From NCBI GenBank assembly GCA_045627865.1, contig JAZQOK010000018.1, positions 41,193 to 105,192 on the forward strand: 64,000 nt of DNA. The letters run 5' to 3'. This document shows positions 63,835 to 64,000 of this stretch, piece by piece. Position numbers and translations under genes: made by a program. Below the pieces are notes generated by a model. The model saw nothing but the letters and a program-made list of their open reading frames with translations. It was not told the origin of the DNA and searched no databases. Every line of letters starts with the position of its first letter. Positions within the stretch are counted from its first letter, which is position 1. This DNA is from Bacteroidales bacterium. Its GTDB lineage: Bacteria > Bacteroidota > Bacteroidia > Bacteroidales > UBA3663.

Positions 63835-64000
63835 ATGGCTTGGAAAAGCTGCAGGGATCTGATCGTCTGGCAGAAATCTATGGATTTGACAGACAAGGTT
63901 TACAGTATATCAAAAAAACTGCCGAAAGAAGAAATTCATGGTTTATCAAGCTAAATGCGGCGTGCAGCGGTATCGATACCGTCTAATATAGCAGAAGGGC
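63835..64000 (+). pseudogene. four-helix-bundle protein (23S rRNA intervening-sequence-protein family) interrupted by an in-frame TAA; 3' end cut by window edge
   Basis: MAWKSCRDLIVWQKSMDLTDKVYSISKKLPKEEIHGLSS, then TAA (63952-63954), then MRRAAVSIPSNIAEG in the same frame. The family normally has Gln (CAA) at that position before (I/M)RRAA-SI--NIAEG. Confidence 0.6.

Noticed and set aside
1-64000. Search for mobile elements, defence systems, CRISPR, tRNA, rRNA and riboswitches
   Set aside because: I recognised no transposase, integrase or recombinase motifs, no tRNA-like T-arm (GGTTCGAATCC-type) sequences, no rRNA, no cas or restriction-modification or abortive-infection-like genes, and no familiar riboswitch cores. 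Absence is by eye only; covariance-model and HMM scans should confirm it.

Overview
The window looks like a chromosomal segment of a Bacteroidota genome. A Prevotella/Segatella-like origin is an inference from TAnnTTTG-type promoters, T9SS C-terminal sorting tails, BspA-type LRR and fimbrillin lipoproteins, and BT_3928/DUF1599/tpiA synteny. About 50 protein genes are supported. Housekeeping genes are deoC, ndk, folE, tpiA, clpC, rpiB, tkt, cdaA, fabD, galM, galK and truA. They are interleaved with a five-gene MacAB/TolC-type efflux operon and with pectin/arabinan enzymes: two PL1 lyases, one PL11 lyase fused to autotransporter-type beta-strand repeats, two GH51 enzymes and one 1027-aa GH-like protein. 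There is also a surface-protein island around fabD and a four-gene VTC / DUF4956 / beta-barrel / beta-helix-lipoprotein cluster. I found no rRNA, tRNA, CRISPR, transposase, integrase or recognisable defence genes. The best candidate for an uncharacterised system is the VTC cluster (54338-57931). Second is a secreted M6 protease plus coiled-coil lipoprotein with overlapping stop/start codons between tkt and rpiB. The most striking non-genic signal is a population of degenerate, strictly phased tandem arrays with units of 6, 7, 9, 12, 18, 41 and 42 bp. Most sit at or across stop codons, and several are absorbed in frame into coding sequence. One 37-nt stretch recurs perfectly 20 kb apart. All family names come from motif reading and recollection; no searches were run.
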